This document shows positions 49,539 to 58,057 of a stretch of 58,970 nt of DNA, piece after piece. Under the pieces are notes generated by a model that was given only the letters and a program-made list of their open reading frames with translations, did not search any database and was not told the DNA's origin. The translations under genes were made by a program, and so were the position numbers. The number at the start of each line of letters is the position of its first letter. Position 1 is the first letter of the stretch. Source of the stretch: Sulfurovum sp. (GTDB taxonomy: Bacteria; Campylobacterota; Campylobacteria; Campylobacterales; Sulfurovaceae); the NCBI GenBank assembly GCA_027012955.1, contig JALUYL010000047.1, positions 1-58,970 of the forward strand, in the 5' to 3' direction.

Positions 49539-51563
49539 ATGAATACAAATATAAAAAATCAAGCCATCATCAACAGAAAAAACAAAATAATGTTTCTTTA
49601 TTTTCTCATTTTTCTTTTAATGAGTGGTTTTTTACTTTCTATCTTTAAAACCATCACCTCTGACAGACGTGTACCTAGCAATACCACAACTAGAAAAGAC
49701 CGTGCTTTTCGTGGTGCCATTATCTCCGCAGATGGCTATACCCTAAGTGCCTCTCAAAAAACATACAAGGCTGTCATACGTGGGGCAAGCATAGACCCTG
49801 ACAAAAAACCTCTTTTTATTAAACTTTTTTCTATCTACAGTGGTATACCTGAACAAAAAATCGCTAAAAAGTTTACCAATAAAAAAGGGAAAACGATACA
49901 AAGCAACATCACACTCTCCAAAACCATCAATGCCCGTTCTGCGATGCAACTTAAATCTCTAGCCTATAAACTGAGAAAACTAGATGTCTTTCGCTCTATA
50001 AAAAACCGAAATGGCATAGAAGTACTATACGGGTTAGACATCCTTGAGAATGGTGAAAAAAGACGTTTTCCTCTTAAAGATGTACTAAGCCCCATCATAG
50101 GTTATGTAGGAAACAAAGATGATGGGAAATACACACGTCCTGTAGGTAAAAAGGGCTTGGAACGTGCCTATGAAAAGTATATCATCTCTAAAAAAAATGG
50201 GTATATCAAAGCCAAACGTGATGTAGTAGGTGCGCTTATACATGACAGAAACACTATCATCCGTCCACGTGAAGATGGGTTGGATTTACACCTCAACATC
50301 CCTTTGGCACTGCAACGTCGTATGGAATTAATGATAGATAAAATGAAACAAAACATTGATGCTGAAGAAATTTTGTTAGGTGTCATGGACAGTAAAACGG
50401 GGAAAGTCCTTTCCATGGCAACAACAAGGCGTTACAACCCTGCACATATCAGACAACAAGACATCTCTGCCATGGTCATTAAGGCTGCGGAGTACCCTTA
50501 TGAGGCAGGGTCTGTTCTCAAACCACTCACACTTGCCATAGCACTTGACCATAAACGTGTGACACCCAATACTTGGTTCAAAACAGGGTATCATAAATTC
50601 CAAATAGGTAAAAAACGCTTTATCTCAGATGATGATTTTTTTGAGTCTCAAAATGCCATTGATATTATCGTGCACTCTTCAAACATAGGTATCTCACAGA
50701 TTGCGTGGAAACTGACAGGCGAAGAATACCGAAGTGGTTTACTCAAATTTGGTATCGCCAAACATTCAGGGATAGACCTTTCCCGTGATTTACCAGGTTC
50801 ACTCAAACCACTACATCTCCTCAACAACAAAATGCACCGAGCAAACAGCTCATACGGTTATGGTATGACCGTCACTTTTGCACAACTTATGAAAGCCTAC
50901 TCTGCCTTTAACAATGACGGTGTTGCAGTCACACCTCGTTTGGTAGACTATCTACAAGATGCCAAAGGCGAGCACTATACACGTGACCCAAAAATAGGTG
51001 ATATAAAAGCTGTCAATAAAAAAGCTGCAAGAGAGATACATGACATTTTATTAGAAGTAGTCAAACGGGGAACAGGTGTCAAAGCACAATACCCTGGCTT
51101 GGAAGTCGGAGGAAAAACAGGTACGGCACACATCGCAGAGCATGGACACTACATCAACGAATACCATAGTAGCTTTTATGGCTTTGCCAACGACAAAAAA
51201 GGACATACCTATACCATCGGTGTACTGGTCATTCGTGCTAAGGAATACCACAAATACTTTGCTTCTCAGTCTGCTGTCCCTACCTTTAGAAGAGCCTTAG
51301 ATGTATTAGTAGAGCTTGATTACTTGGAGCCTGAGGGTAGCATAGCACACTCCCCTGATATAGTGGTGCCCCAAGTCCCAGATGTAGATGTAGATGTTTC
51401 AACACCTACCATAGACACAAAGATACAAGACGAAGTGGTACCTGTCACTCCTGCACCGAAAACAAACACAACACTACCAAAGTTTCCTACACCCACTAAA
51501 AAGCTATATAAAAAGCCCACACCAAAACCATCAAAACACCAAGGGTTTGAAGATTTATTTTAG
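49539..51563 (+). CDS. ftsI: class B penicillin-binding protein (FtsI/PBP3-like)
   Basis: RGAIISADG, GLE, SVLK, SSN, GKTGTA; Pro-rich tail; divergent from ftsW. Confidence 0.9.
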   Translation: MNTNIKNQAIINRKNKIMFLYFLIFLLMSGFLLSIFKTITSDRRVPSNTTTRKDRAFRGAIISADGYTLSASQKTYKAVIRGASIDPDKKPLFIKLFSIYSGIPEQKIAKKFTNKKGKTIQSNITLSKTINARSAMQLKSLAYKLRKLDVFRSIKNRNGIEVLYGLDILENGEKRRFPLKDVLSPIIGYVGNKDDGKYTRPVGKKGLERAYEKYIISKKNGYIKAKRDVVGALIHDRNTIIRPREDGLDLHLNIPLALQRRMELMIDKMKQNIDAEEILLGVMDSKTGKVLSMATTRRYNPAHIRQQDISAMVIKAAEYPYEAGSVLKPLTLAIALDHKRVTPNTWFKTGYHKFQIGKKRFISDDDFFESQNAIDIIVHSSNIGISQIAWKLTGEEYRSGLLKFGIAKHSGIDLSRDLPGSLKPLHLLNNKMHRANSSYGYGMTVTFAQLMKAYSAFNNDGVAVTPRLVDYLQDAKGEHYTRDPKIGDIKAVNKKAAREIHDILLEVVKRGTGVKAQYPGLEVGGKTGTAHIAEHGHYINEYHSSFYGFANDKKGHTYTIGVLVIRAKEYHKYFASQSAVPTFRRALDVLVELDYLEPEGSIAHSPDIVVPQVPDVDVDVSTPTIDTKIQDEVVPVTPAPKTNTTLPKFPTPTKKLYKKPTPKPSKHQGFEDLF

Positions 51564-51697
51564 GCTGTGGCAGTCATGTTTAGGCTTTGACGTTTCTGCT
51601 AACCACTTTTTGATAATGGCTTGACAGATTACTCCCACATTTTTTGTTTAACCTAGTTATGTTACAATATACTTATATAGCAGTGAAAGGAGCTCTT

Positions 51698-51844
51698 GTG
51701 GCATTAGCAATCAAAGATAAGAAAGTAGTATATGTAGCACCACCTAAAAAACTGACTACAAAAGAGAAAAAAATGCTTGAAGATGCTCCTGTTAATCATA
51801 AGCTTATTGAAAGAGCAACTTCTCGTAAATATAACGTGGTATAA
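51698..51844 (+). CDS. small 48-aa protein, candidate antitoxin of the downstream GNAT
   Basis: AAGGAG RBS then GTG: MALAIKDKKVVYVAPPKKLTTKEKKMLEDAPVNHKLIERATSRKYNVV. Confidence 0.65.
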   Translation: MALAIKDKKVVYVAPPKKLTTKEKKMLEDAPVNHKLIERATSRKYNVV

Positions 51845-51852
51845 GTTTTACT

Positions 51853-52332
51853 TTGCTCAAACTCAAAAAATATACTTCTAAAAACTCATCTTACCGTTTA
51901 GGTGTTGATATATTATCTCATGTTGAACTAAGTACATATCTTGAACAATCTCAAAGAGAAAGAGATTTTATTGAAGATATTTGTAAAAGGGTTCAAAAAT
52001 CAAGTACCGTGCTTTATCTTTTGAAACACAATAATGATACATTGGGTTTTATCGCACTTTCTGTAAGCTCCATTGGTGACTTTCCCTCTTTGCAAATAGA
52101 TTATCTTTTTGTCAATCATACTTTTCGAGGAAAATCATTAGAAATTTTAGATAATCTAAAAACTTCTACCTATCTTATTGAGTTTGCAATCGAATTGGCA
52201 AAAGAAATTCAAGAATTAGCTGGGCTTAGGTATTTGGTACTTTTACCCGATAACAGAAAATTACAAAATGTCTATAAAGATATAGGCTTTTTAAATTTAC
52301 CAAAACAAGAGTGGCTTTATATTAGATTATAG
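51853..52332 (+). CDS. GNAT family N-acetyltransferase (toxin-like)
   Basis: LGFIALS..PSLQIDYLFVNHTFRGK..AGLRYLVL..Y..IGF. Confidence 0.8.
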   Translation: MLKLKKYTSKNSSYRLGVDILSHVELSTYLEQSQRERDFIEDICKRVQKSSTVLYLLKHNNDTLGFIALSVSSIGDFPSLQIDYLFVNHTFRGKSLEILDNLKTSTYLIEFAIELAKEIQELAGLRYLVLLPDNRKLQNVYKDIGFLNLPKQEWLYIRL

Positions 52333-52492
52333 TTAATAGAGACATATCAATACTTTCATTATCCAAAAACATAACCCCACATTTTAAAATATATGTCATG
52401 ATGCTTTCCCTACCTACTTTATCTCTATGTGGGAGTAAACTCTACACTTCCGTAGGTTTTTTCATGGTCTCAGTACGAGATAGTACGAGTAT

Positions 52493-52524
52493 TATTTAAG
52501 ATTTAGTTCCTGACCCTAAAATTA
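52493..52524. repeat. 32-bp direct repeat, copy 1
   Basis: TATTTAAGATTTAGTTCCTGACCCTAAAATTA; 30/32 identical to 53520-53551. Confidence 0.9.
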
Positions 52525-52532
52525 AAAAAACT

Positions 52533-52706
52533 TCACATGTCCAATGCGTTTATTTTTAGTAAAATTGATTTGTTTAAAAAATGTATAAGGACTACTAACC
52601 AGATAATACCAATAAATGTTAATACCAACCTAGATGTAGCGAGTGCATCATAATGAGAACTGAACCACCCCAATAGACTTATAAGAGGGAGGAGGTGCCA
52701 AAGTGT
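52533..52706 (-). pseudogene. 5'-truncated small membrane-protein remnant
   Basis: Open stretch with no good start: ..LPLISLLGWFSSHYDALATSRLVLTFIGIIWLVVLIHFLNKSILLKINALDM*. Confidence 0.45.
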
Positions 52707-52728
52707 TTAAGTAAAGATCAAATAAATA

Positions 52729-52750
52729 TGTACTAATATATGTACATATA
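52729..52750. promoter_or_regulatory. YefM-YoeB operator
   Basis: TGTACT and TGTACA cores 12 bp apart; perfect palindrome TATATGTACATATA (52737-52750) just before the RBS. Confidence 0.8.
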
Positions 52751-52762
52751 AAAGGAGTTTCT

Positions 52763-53017
52763 ATGAAAACCATAAATTTTTCCCATACAAGACAAAACTT
52801 GGCTTCTACTTTTGACTCAGTTGTTGATCACTGTATGCCTGTTATAGTAACACGACAAAACAAAGAGCCTGTGGTTATCATCTCTATGCGAGATTACCGT
52901 GCTTTGGAAGAGACAGCGTATCTTATGCAGAGTGAAGCCAATGCAAAAAGATTAAATCGTTCCATCGCTCAGCTAGAAGCTGGTCTTGGTACAAAACGAG
53001 AGCTTATAGAAGAATGA
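52763..53017 (+). CDS. yefM: YefM antitoxin
   Basis: MKTINFS.TRQNL..V..PVIVTRQ..LEETAYLM.S.ANAKRL. Confidence 0.96.
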   Translation: MKTINFSHTRQNLASTFDSVVDHCMPVIVTRQNKEPVVIISMRDYRALEETAYLMQSEANAKRLNRSIAQLEAGLGTKRELIEE

Positions 53018-53271
53018 TACTTAGCTTTTCAGATGATGCGTGGGATGATTATCTCTATTGGCAACTAAACGACAAAAAAATTTTAAAAAAGCTCAATAGA
53101 CTCATCAAAGAGATACAAAGAGAGCCTTTTGAGGGCATAGGAGAACCTGAACCTCTCAAATATAACTGGTCAGGGTATTGGTCTAGGCGTATTACCATTG
53201 AACATCGTTTGGTTTATAAAGTCAGTGATGATAATTTGATGATTGCTCAGTGTCGGTATCATTATCGGTAG
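53014..53271 (+). CDS. yoeB: YoeB/Txe mRNA interferase toxin
   Basis: AWDDYLYWQ..GIGEPEPLK..WSRRIT.EHRLVY..RYHY. Confidence 0.97.
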   Translation: MILSFSDDAWDDYLYWQLNDKKILKKLNRLIKEIQREPFEGIGEPEPLKYNWSGYWSRRITIEHRLVYKVSDDNLMIAQCRYHYR

Positions 53272-53519
53272 AGTATAAGGGTTTGTTATGATTTCTGAGT
53301 TATTTTTTAGTTTGTGTTGGAGTATGCGTTAATTATTGAACTTTCATAGACATACTTTTAAATAATTTATTTTTCTTTTATAACATCAATCTTACTCATA
53401 AAATCATTGTATCATAATTGAACACCTAATCCCAGATAGCCTAGATTTCCGTGTCGTGGCAATTGTGTTGTGTTTTGATGTGTGCTACCACAAGCTACGG
53501 TTGTAAGCAAGTGCTATAC

Positions 53520-53551
53520 TATTTAAAATTTAGTTTCTGACCCTAAAATTA
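53520..53551. repeat. 32-bp direct repeat, copy 2
   Basis: TATTTAAAATTTAGTTTCTGACCCTAAAATTA; its last 3 bases are the stop codon of the 52-aa ORF. Confidence 0.9.
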
Positions 53552-53707
53552 CCTTTTTCTTATTTCATATATCAACATCATTACACCTATGATGAATCCC
53601 ATTCCAAACATAGGGATGAGGGGTAACAATGCTATAGATAGAGAAAATATAAAGCCCAATAATCCTACAATTGCTACTTTTAATGCGTGTTTTTCATTCT
53701 TTGTCAT
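53549..53707 (-). CDS. small two-TM membrane protein (52 aa, absent from ORF track)
   Basis: GGAG RBS; MTKNEKHALKVAIVGLLGFIFSLSIALLPLIPMFGMGFIIGVMMLIYEIRKR*. Confidence 0.7.
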   Translation of the reverse strand: MTKNEKHALKVAIVGLLGFIFSLSIALLPLIPMFGMGFIIGVMMLIYEIRKR

Positions 53708-53722
53708 ACCAGAACTCTCCAT

Positions 53723-53968
53723 TTATCGCCATGCATATGCAGTAATGAGTGTCACCCCTGAAAAAACAACTATCAAACCACCTTTATCCATGATTTTAAG
53801 TAGTTGTGACTTGAGTTCTTTGTTTGTACGTAAGAGTGCTTTTATGCGTTTTGTGCCTAATTTTATTTTATCACCACTTAACTTACCAAACTGTAAAGTA
53901 AGGTCTATCATCTCTTTTGTAATACCTCTTTGTCTTACTCTTTTGTTAATGTGTAAAGTTTCTACCAT
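53723..53968 (-). CDS. DUF4258-like small protein
   Basis: T.H..KR.RQRGIT..MI.L.L.FG ... LIVV....LITAY; AAGGAG RBS. Confidence 0.7.
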   Translation of the reverse strand: MVETLHINKRVRQRGITKEMIDLTLQFGKLSGDKIKLGTKRIKALLRTNKELKSQLLKIMDKGGLIVVFSGVTLITAYAWR

Positions 53969-53971
53969 GTC

Positions 53972-54028
53972 ATACTCCTTTTTAAGTCTTTAAAGGAGTA
54001 TAACAGTTGAAGTGGACAGGTGGTGTCG
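53972..54028 (-). promoter_or_regulatory. putative WYL/PafBC-like promoter with RBS-sequestering inverted repeat
   Basis: Minus strand GACA-N5-TGTC palindrome running into TGTCCA-N10-TA-TAC-T; 10-bp inverted repeat 53972-53981/53992-54001 overlaps the -10 box and RBS. Confidence 0.55.
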
Positions 54029-54061
54029 TTTTTAATTGTTATTAAAAATAATTTTTACTTT

Positions 54062-55582
54062 TTATAGCCTATTTAAAATATTTTGCAATTTCTTTTTATC
54101 TTGCAGTAGTTTAGAATTTTCACTAGTTAACTTTGATGCAAAAATTATAAAATTTTGAATAAGAGTAGTAAATGTTTCATCAAGATTAGTATCAACATTT
54201 TGAATTAAATTATTTTTATAATTTATTCCGAACTCATCAGTTCTATTTTTTGCACTTAAATGCTGTTGTCTTTTTGCATCTAATTCTGCTTGTGCTTGTC
54301 GTCTTGCTTCATCTGAACCACCAAAGAAAACTGAAATCAAACCAACTATAATACTAATCGGTCCAAGAAATGGTACTAGTGGGGCAAGTACTGGTATTTT
54401 GGGTATAGTAGTTATTACTGCACCTGAAACAGCTTTAACTATCTCTTTATTGTTGCTATTTGTACCGCTTGCTACTCCTTTAGGATTATCACTATCTGAA
54501 ATATTTATATTTGCTGACTCTATTGTTAACTCTTCAAATTCTACTTTAAATTCATCTACTTTATTTTTCAACTCTTCATGAATTTGTTTAAATTTATAAT
54601 TGATTCTTTCCATCACTTCATCAGTAGTTTTTTGAATCATAGCTTCTATGCTACTTTTATCACCTCCTAGCATCAGCTCTAGTAAATTAGCAGTTATTAT
54701 AGTTGTGCTCTCTATGACAATATTTTTTAATTCTACCTCTGCTTTTTGCTTCATCTTTTCAAGATAAGTAATAAGCTCTTGAGTCTTTTTCATCTCAGGA
54801 TTATCTATTTTTTCATCTATATAAGTTAGTACATCACCTATAAACTCACTTATAAAAATATTTAAAGCATTTATAACTTCAGTATGTCCAGCAGATGCCA
54901 AAAGAGTATCCATCTCATTTTGAACTTGCATAATATTACTACTTTCTAAGAGTAATTTAGAATTTTTTAGCTTTGCCTTAAGTGCAGTTTTTGCATTAAC
55001 CATGCAAATACTTACTTTCGATTCTATCTTTTCAATATCTTTGTCATCTCCAACTTTAATAAGATTTGCACTTACCTTATCCATCAGTTGCTTTTCATCT
55101 ACAGAGTTTTTTTCTATATTGCTTTTATTATTTACTACTATGAGTATAGGCTTGTTTAGCTGTACGATCTCACTAATTTTTTCATAAATATATCTATCTT
55201 CAAAAGAGCCATCACTGTTTAAAACAAAGAGTATAAGCTCACACTTGCTCAAATGTTCATCTGTAACCTTTTGATGCACTTGTGGTGCATGTATACCTGG
55301 TGTATCATAGATAGTATATCCATTGTAAGTATATTGACTAATCTCTGATGTCTCTGGAGCATCTCCAGTTTTTGCCATCTCTTCTTTTCCAAAGATAGCA
55401 TTTATAAGTGTACTTTTTCCTGCATTGTATGTACCATATACCATGATGGTCGGTTCAAAGTTATCAAGCTTTTCATCTATATGTGAAGTAAACTTTTTTA
55501 TCTGTTCTTCTGCCATATACTCTTTTGAAAGAGTAACAAGCTCATTTTTTATATCTTCAAATTGTTCTTTTTCTATACTCAT
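54062..55582 (-). CDS. dynamin-like/TRAFAC GTPase with C-terminal hydrophobic hairpin
   Basis: G1 GTYNAGKSTLIN, G2 PET, G3 DTPG, G4-like NNKS; helical stalk; hydrophobic PVLAPLVPFLGPISIIVGLISVFFGG. Confidence 0.9.
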   Translation of the reverse strand: MSIEKEQFEDIKNELVTLSKEYMAEEQIKKFTSHIDEKLDNFEPTIMVYGTYNAGKSTLINAIFGKEEMAKTGDAPETSEISQYTYNGYTIYDTPGIHAPQVHQKVTDEHLSKCELILFVLNSDGSFEDRYIYEKISEIVQLNKPILIVVNNKSNIEKNSVDEKQLMDKVSANLIKVGDDKDIEKIESKVSICMVNAKTALKAKLKNSKLLLESSNIMQVQNEMDTLLASAGHTEVINALNIFISEFIGDVLTYIDEKIDNPEMKKTQELITYLEKMKQKAEVELKNIVIESTTIITANLLELMLGGDKSSIEAMIQKTTDEVMERINYKFKQIHEELKNKVDEFKVEFEELTIESANINISDSDNPKGVASGTNSNNKEIVKAVSGAVITTIPKIPVLAPLVPFLGPISIIVGLISVFFGGSDEARRQAQAELDAKRQQHLSAKNRTDEFGINYKNNLIQNVDTNLDETFTTLIQNFIIFASKLTSENSKLLQDKKKLQNILNRL

Positions 55583-55589
55583 ATGTTCC

Positions 55590-57386
55590 TCACTTTAGGT
55601 TGTTTTTAAACTCTACTACAGAGTTTTCTAGGGTGTTAATATTTCTATTTATCTCAGTTAGGATATCTAACAAAGGTGCAAAGAATTTATCTTCTATTGT
55701 CTGATAGTTCTCTTTAGCTGCTTGCATATAACTCTCAAGACGGTTCGCTTTGAAGTCTGCTATCACTTCTTGTTTGTTGTCACCTACTTTAACTGTTTCA
55801 CTTTCAGTAGAATAACTTCTATCCATTAAACCAAGTTTATTTCCAATATTTCTAAAAAAGCCAGTGTCATCATAAGTAACAGTAATAGTCTCATACTTAT
55901 TTTCAATACCAAAATTATCAGTAGCAGATAAAGCATCAGAGAGAGTATTTAAAGTTGTACTGAAATCTTTTAAGATTTCATTTATATTCTCACCTATCAT
56001 AGTAGCTATACTCTCTTCAAGCTCCTTGTCTATCGTATCAAATACTGATATATTATCTTTATTATTTGATTCACTATTCAAGTTATTGTTAGGAATTCCA
56101 AATATATTTCTATGTGATCGTCCTTGCATACCTGCTATTAGACCAAATATACCATTATTAACTCCATCATCGGATTTTAAAGAGTTTGAATATTTAGATA
56201 TTACACTATCAATATGTACCATAATATCACTATTGAGATTTTTTTGGAGGTCATCAAACTTTTCTATAGCACTCTCTATTTCACTCTCAAACTTTTTAAT
56301 ATTTTTTTTTAAAGCTTTGATAGATAAACTATTTTTAGATTTAGCGTTTCCTAGTATGGCATTATCTATAAATGAAATTAAGCCATCATAAGGAGTATTT
56401 TCTTTAAGAGCTTTAGCCTTATTTTTTACTACATCAGTCATAAGTTCATAAAAGTCTGTTATATTACTCTCTTCAAACATCTCTCTATCATCATTTTTCA
56501 AACCATGTTTTGCAGTGTGAACTGACATAGATATAACATCCCCCAAAAGTGCATTTTCTTTTGCACCAAGGATTTCACTCATGTCTGATTTAACCCACGC
56601 TTCTTGCTTGGATCTATTCTCTTTTGTCTTGTTCATCAGAACTTTTACTAACTTTCCATCAACTTCATCTTCTTCTGTATCGTCTGATTTGGTTATGCAG
56701 ATAGTAACTTTTTTGTTTTGCTCAAAAAGTTCTTTTAGTTGCTCTTTTTCATCTTGTTGAAGTGGACTAGATGAGTTAGTAGGGTAGATAACATAATCAG
56801 CAGACTGTATATATTCTCTTGCCAAATCTCCATTTTCTTCAACCATAGACCCAAGACCAGGAGTATCTACCCAAGCCATACCACTTAGTTTAAAACCTTG
56901 TATTTCTACTGTACACTCTGTATTTGCGGTAGCAAAAGCATCAATATTTTCATCAATCTCTTCTAGCTTTTTTATTGACTCTTCTTTTCCAGCTTCATCA
57001 TACTTGAAGAAGTTTATATCTTGTGATTTAAGTCTATTATGTGCTATAAAGTTACCAAGTGAACTCTTTCCCGCCTTTACTTTACCAAAAATTATAACTA
57101 TAAAATAGTTTTCTAAATCATTACGAAACTTCTCTTTTTCCATCATCTCTTTAAAGTTGAATACCCAGTTGGCAGTCGCAGTTTTGAGAGAGTTTATAGT
57201 AGAGACAAGCATGTCACCCATCTCTTTATTTTGTTTGAGTAAATCTTTGTCTAAAGTTAGACTTTGAGTCTTTTGATGGTATGTATCAATTATCTCTTTA
57301 AGATTATCTCTTTTGTTATCTAAGTCACTATTTGTTAAAGATATTTCATCTAATGATTTATAGTACTCATTTAATTTAGACAGCAT
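55590..57386 (-). CDS. dynamin-like GTPase
   Basis: G1 GKVKAGKSS, G2 ECT, G3 DTPG, G4 TKSD; long helical stalk. Confidence 0.9.
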   Translation of the reverse strand: MLSKLNEYYKSLDEISLTNSDLDNKRDNLKEIIDTYHQKTQSLTLDKDLLKQNKEMGDMLVSTINSLKTATANWVFNFKEMMEKEKFRNDLENYFIVIIFGKVKAGKSSLGNFIAHNRLKSQDINFFKYDEAGKEESIKKLEEIDENIDAFATANTECTVEIQGFKLSGMAWVDTPGLGSMVEENGDLAREYIQSADYVIYPTNSSSPLQQDEKEQLKELFEQNKKVTICITKSDDTEEDEVDGKLVKVLMNKTKENRSKQEAWVKSDMSEILGAKENALLGDVISMSVHTAKHGLKNDDREMFEESNITDFYELMTDVVKNKAKALKENTPYDGLISFIDNAILGNAKSKNSLSIKALKKNIKKFESEIESAIEKFDDLQKNLNSDIMVHIDSVISKYSNSLKSDDGVNNGIFGLIAGMQGRSHRNIFGIPNNNLNSESNNKDNISVFDTIDKELEESIATMIGENINEILKDFSTTLNTLSDALSATDNFGIENKYETITVTYDDTGFFRNIGNKLGLMDRSYSTESETVKVGDNKQEVIADFKANRLESYMQAAKENYQTIEDKFFAPLLDILTEINRNINTLENSVVEFKNNLK

Positions 57387-57762
57387 TTTTTGCTTCCTCT
57401 AGTTGCTGTATAAGTTCTTTCATCTCTTCATTATCATCATCTAACGTATTTATTTTATTTCTAATTTCTTGTGATATTGAATTATCATCTGCTATTATTT
57501 CAAATTTTTCTCCAGAAAATTTTATCTTCTGTTTATATTTTCTTTCTATCATATCTTTAGATTTAGATATAAATGAATATATATCTGCACTTATAGTAGC
57601 TCTATTACTTTCCTTTTGTCTTTTTTTAGCATAATGCTTCTCACACAAACCATCTTTATATTCCCTTCTAGAACATTTTCGACACTCTTCATCATCACTA
57701 CTAGATGCTAAAGCTCCTATTCCCGCAACAACAGCTGCTCCTATTAACCATGGTAATGGCAT
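57376..57762 (-). CDS. hypothetical protein: hydrophobic N-terminus, CxxC-x9-CxxH motif, coiled coil
   Basis: MPLPWLIGAAVVAGIGALAS..CRKC..GLCEKHY; overlaps both neighbours. Confidence 0.8.
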   Translation of the reverse strand: MPLPWLIGAAVVAGIGALASSSDDEECRKCSRREYKDGLCEKHYAKKRQKESNRATISADIYSFISKSKDMIERKYKQKIKFSGEKFEIIADDNSISQEIRNKINTLDDDNEEMKELIQQLEEAKNAV

Positions 57763-58055
57763 TATATTTCCTTTATATTTAATTTATAACTTTTATCAAT
57801 TTTATGTATAAGTTGTAAACTATTACATGCTTCAGCATTCTTTACATAAAAGTCTCTTTTTGAAAAAAACTCATGATACACATCATCAAACATTTTATCT
57901 ACCCTGCAAATATCAGGACGAGTATCATAAATAACACAACTATTAGTAAGAACATCAAGATATTTACACACACCATTACCCAAATCATAATCTTTTAGTT
58001 CTGATATGCTTCCTATATGCTTACAACAAAGCCCACAACCAGTACACGGGTACAT
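57762..58055 (-). CDS. YkgJ family cysteine-cluster protein
   Basis: CTGCGLCC..CKYL..C.IYDTRP.ICR. Confidence 0.92.
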   Translation of the reverse strand: MYPCTGCGLCCKHIGSISELKDYDLGNGVCKYLDVLTNSCVIYDTRPDICRVDKMFDDVYHEFFSKRDFYVKNAEACNSLQLIHKIDKSYKLNIKEI

Positions 58056-58057
58056 AG

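Noticed and set aside
53430-53460. Possible degenerate repeat half (CTAGATTTCCGTGTC)
   Set aside because: No partner arm or second copy; too weak to call
52493-53551. Direct repeats as a CRISPR array or integron attC sites
   Set aside because: Only two copies 1 kb apart, no spacer periodicity, no cas or intI genes, no RYYYAAC/GTTRRRY palindromic structure
53589-53993. 134-aa plus-strand ORF in the island
   Set aside because: Overlaps two better-supported minus-strand ORFs that have RBSs and protein-like patterns
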